This document shows, in pieces, positions 61,444 through 64,000 of a DNA stretch of 64,000 bases (its first letter is position 1; each line of letters begins with the position of its first letter). Origin of the DNA: an uncultured Planctomycetota bacterium (GTDB taxonomy: Bacteria; Planctomycetota; Planctomycetia; Isosphaerales; Isosphaeraceae); NCBI GenBank assembly GCA_963737655.1, contig CAVTTN010000002.1, forward strand, positions 96,001 through 160,000. Reading direction: 5' to 3'. A program made the position numbers and the translations under genes. A model generated the notes under the pieces. The model was not told where the DNA came from, searched no databases, and worked only from the letters and a program-made list of their open reading frames with translations.

Positions 61444-63417
61444 TCACCAGCGCAAATCGGTCCGGGCGAACGCCTCGACCCGCCCGTCGTCGGCCCCCAC
61501 CAGCAATCCGCCGGGGCCGGGAAGACCCACCGGGCTGCATCCGTCGGCCCCGACGATCAGCGGGCGGCCGTCGGCGAGCCGGACCGACCGGGGAACAACC
61601 TGACCGTGGCCCAGGTTTTCCAGGAGAAGGACCGTGGGAAGCGCGTCCAGGTCGGTCAAGGGGATGCCCAGGAGGTCGGCCGCCACGTGGCGAGACCCTC
61701 GAGGCAGGCCGACGATCAGGTCGATCCGTCCCGGCTCGTCCCACGGGCCGGCCCAGAGCGTGCAAAGCCCGCCTCGGCCGAATCCGCCGTCCAGACGGAT
61801 CAGGCGGCCAAGCCGGTCCGTCAGCGGGACGGGCGGGCCGACCTCCCCGGGACCGATTCGCGGATAAACGCACAAAAATCCCTGCAAGTCCAATGCGATC
61901 AGGTCGATCGACCCGGTGCCCGACCAATCCCCGGCCGCGGGCCGGACCCGGGACGGCGTGATCAGGGGCGAGCCGCCCAGCTTGATCGGTTTGGGTACGT
62001 CAAATCGCGGCTGCTGGAGCGTCCCGTTGTTTCGAAGGTGGACGACCTCGCCCCCGGCCCCTCCGACGAGCAGGTCCAGCCGGCCGTGGCCCGTCCAATC
62101 GACCATCGCCGGCGCCGAGAACCCGAGACGGCGGTCGGCCGGACCTCCGAGGAGGCCATCGGGGCCGGGATCGAGCCGGAACGGCTCTCCACCGGCCTCC
62201 ACCAGAGTAGGAAGCCCGTAGCGGCGACCCCCTCGGTCGGAAAACTGCCAGAGACGGCCCGGGGCGTCGCCGACGATCAGGTCCAGGCCGCCGTCGCCGT
62301 CGAGGTCTCCGGCCGTGAGGACCGCCCCGCCCGACGTCCAGAACTCGCCCGCTTCCTGGACGATCGGCTCGGGCCCCGTCGTTTCGTCCCGGCCCGGGGC
62401 CTTCTGGATGGCGAAGACCCGGCCGTCGGCCGAGCCGAAGAGGATCGCCGGCCTCCGATCGCCGTCGAGGTCCGCGGCCGAAAGCGCAGTGCGTTCGCCC
62501 GGGAGGACCAGCGGTCGGCCCGACGCTCGGAGAGGACGAGGCTCCATGAGGACCGGCGGCCTCTGACCTCCGAAGTTGCGGTGGAGGCGGACCTGGCCTC
62601 GGTCGTCGGCGACCAGGAATTCCCAGGCGCCCTGGCCTCCCCAGGAGACGATCAGGGGGGCGGGCCGGCTGGTCAGGTCCAGCTCGCCCCGCTCCGGGCC
62701 GATCACTTCCGGGTTCCCGAATCTCGGCTCGGCCGGTGTCCCGACGTTCCTCAGCCAGACGACCCGGCCCCGAGGGGAATTGCCTCGCCAGCGACCATCG
62801 CGGTCGTAGCCCGGGTGGCCCCCTTTCTGGTTGAAGCCGATCTGCTGGCGGTGAGGGATTCGATCCCCGTCCGGCCAGTAGCCTTCGAGCTCATCCAGAC
62901 CCAGGAGGAGGTCGGTCCGACCGTCGCCATCCCAGTCCACGGCGGCCATCTGGGCGATCCGACCCGCGCCCAGGCCAAGGTCCGCCGGAAGCTCCTGAAG
63001 GGTCTCGAACCGGGGCGAATCCCACGTCCCGGAGTTCCTCAGATAGACCAGGACCGACTCGTCTCGCGCGATCAGGTCGAACCGGGCGGGTCCCTCGGTG
63101 GGGACGGAGCAGACCTGGACGATGCCTCCCAGGCCGGGGATGGGCGTGCCGGTGTCGAAGACGAGGCCCAGGCCCTTGTTGACCCGGCGATACAGCCGGG
63201 CCGTGCGGTGGCGGATCGGGCTACCGGCCAGGACGAGCAGGGCGGCCTTGCCCGGGCCATCCCATTCCACGACCTCGACGAACGAATCCGCACCAAAGCC
63301 GAGAGGACGACAGTCCGTCGCCTCGTCCCAGGAGGGAGGACTGGCCGGATCGGCTCGAACCTCCGTCCCGATCGTCATTTCCGTCGATTCGCCCATCTCC
63401 AGATCCACCGACGCCAT
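61444..63417 (-). CDS. FG-GAP/VCBS repeat beta-propeller protein
   Basis: Repeated DWDGDGRTDLL, DLDGDGGLDLI, DWTGHGRLDLL motifs; start inferred. Confidence 0.8.
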   Translation of the reverse strand: MASVDLEMGESTEMTIGTEVRADPASPPSWDEATDCRPLGFGADSFVEVVEWDGPGKAALLVLAGSPIRHRTARLYRRVNKGLGLVFDTGTPIPGLGGIVQVCSVPTEGPARFDLIARDESVLVYLRNSGTWDSPRFETLQELPADLGLGAGRIAQMAAVDWDGDGRTDLLLGLDELEGYWPDGDRIPHRQQIGFNQKGGHPGYDRDGRWRGNSPRGRVVWLRNVGTPAEPRFGNPEVIGPERGELDLTSRPAPLIVSWGGQGAWEFLVADDRGQVRLHRNFGGQRPPVLMEPRPLRASGRPLVLPGERTALSAADLDGDRRPAILFGSADGRVFAIQKAPGRDETTGPEPIVQEAGEFWTSGGAVLTAGDLDGDGGLDLIVGDAPGRLWQFSDRGGRRYGLPTLVEAGGEPFRLDPGPDGLLGGPADRRLGFSAPAMVDWTGHGRLDLLVGGAGGEVVHLRNNGTLQQPRFDVPKPIKLGGSPLITPSRVRPAAGDWSGTGSIDLIALDLQGFLCVYPRIGPGEVGPPVPLTDRLGRLIRLDGGFGRGGLCTLWAGPWDEPGRIDLIVGLPRGSRHVAADLLGIPLTDLDALPTVLLLENLGHGQVVPRSVRLADGRPLIVGADGCSPVGLPGPGGLLVGADDGRVEAFARTDLRW

Positions 63418-63542
63418 CGCCTCGCCTCCCCGGGGCCGCCCGTCCGCCCGAAGGGAGCGTATTCGACCCGGCCCGGAATTGCAAAGGCCGGGCCCGTCTC
63501 GGTATTGGCAAGTCTCGCCGGCCGGAACCCGGGCAACCGAAA

Positions 63543-64000
63543 TCACCCATGCCAGCCGCCGTCGACTTCCAGGACATGCCCCGTCACATACGAGGCCAAC
63601 GGGCTGACCAGGAAGAGGACGGCCGAAGCCACCTCGTCCGGCGTCCCGAACCGTCCCAGGGGGATCGACCGCGACATCCCGAGCCGGACGTCCTCCGAGA
63701 CGGCCGCCATCATCGGCGTGTCGATCACTCCGGGAGCCACGGCGTTGACGCGGATGCCCCGTCGAGAGCACTCCCGGCTCAAGACCCGGGTCAACCCGTG
63801 GACCCCCGCCTTCGCCGCGGCGTAATTCGATTGGCCGTGAAAGCCCGCCGTCGCCGAAAGGCTGCCCAGGTTCACGATCGCGCCGTGGTCCCTCATGACC
63901 TCCAGGCCGTACTTGCAGCCGAAGAAGACCCCCGAAAGGTTCGTGTCGAGGACGGCCCGCCACTCGTCGAGCGTCATCTTCGCGATCGAGCGGTCGCGGA
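63543..64000 (-). CDS. SDR family oxidoreductase (FabG-like), 5' partial
   Basis: NYAAAKAG (YxxxK), [22 protein letters not shown] runs off the window end. Confidence 0.88.
   Translation of the reverse strand, partial: RDRSIAKMTLDEWRAVLDTNLSGVFFGCKYGLEVMRDHGAIVNLGSLSATAGFHGQSNYAAAKAGVHGLTRVLSRECSRRGIRVNAVAPGVIDTPMMAAVSEDVRLGMSRSIPLGRFGTPDEVASAVLFLVSPLASYVTGHVLEVDGGWHG

Overview
GC-rich bacterial DNA whose gene content (three DUF1501 genes, two DUF1549/DUF1553 'planctomycete cytochrome c' genes, a Hint-domain protein, sulfatases) points to Planctomycetota, probably Isosphaeraceae-like (inference). The window contains: an ArnT/PMT-like glycosyltransferase; a complete ISAs1-family element (2476-3693) with a 10-bp target duplication; a secreted protein with a C-terminal Hint domain; pyrD; a feoA-feoA-feoB-small Cys protein operon with a sigma70 promoter and Fur-like box; a tatA cluster; tRNA-Val(CAC) and tRNA-Asn(GTT); a 53-aa ribbon-helix-helix gene missing from the ORF track; and a cytochrome c'-like lipoprotein. 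It also holds a full chemosensory operon (cheW-MCP-cheR-cheA-cheC-cheD-cheY-cheB) with a soluble GAF/Aer2-like PAS/GAF receptor next to a REC-PP2C phosphatase, two arylsulfatases, tandem DUF1549/1553+DUF1501 modules, a KaiC-like ATPase, uvrA, moaDEA, glucose dehydrogenase+GH15, an FG-GAP protein and a partial SDR. Eight genes carry single-base frameshifts, most likely read or assembly errors. The best novelty candidates are (i) the putative O2/heme-sensing chemosensory system with a possible non-motility output, (ii) a highly structured intergenic RNA candidate on the + strand at about 18645-18826, and (iii) the toxin-less Hint autoprocessing secreted protein. All family calls come from motif recognition; no database search was run.
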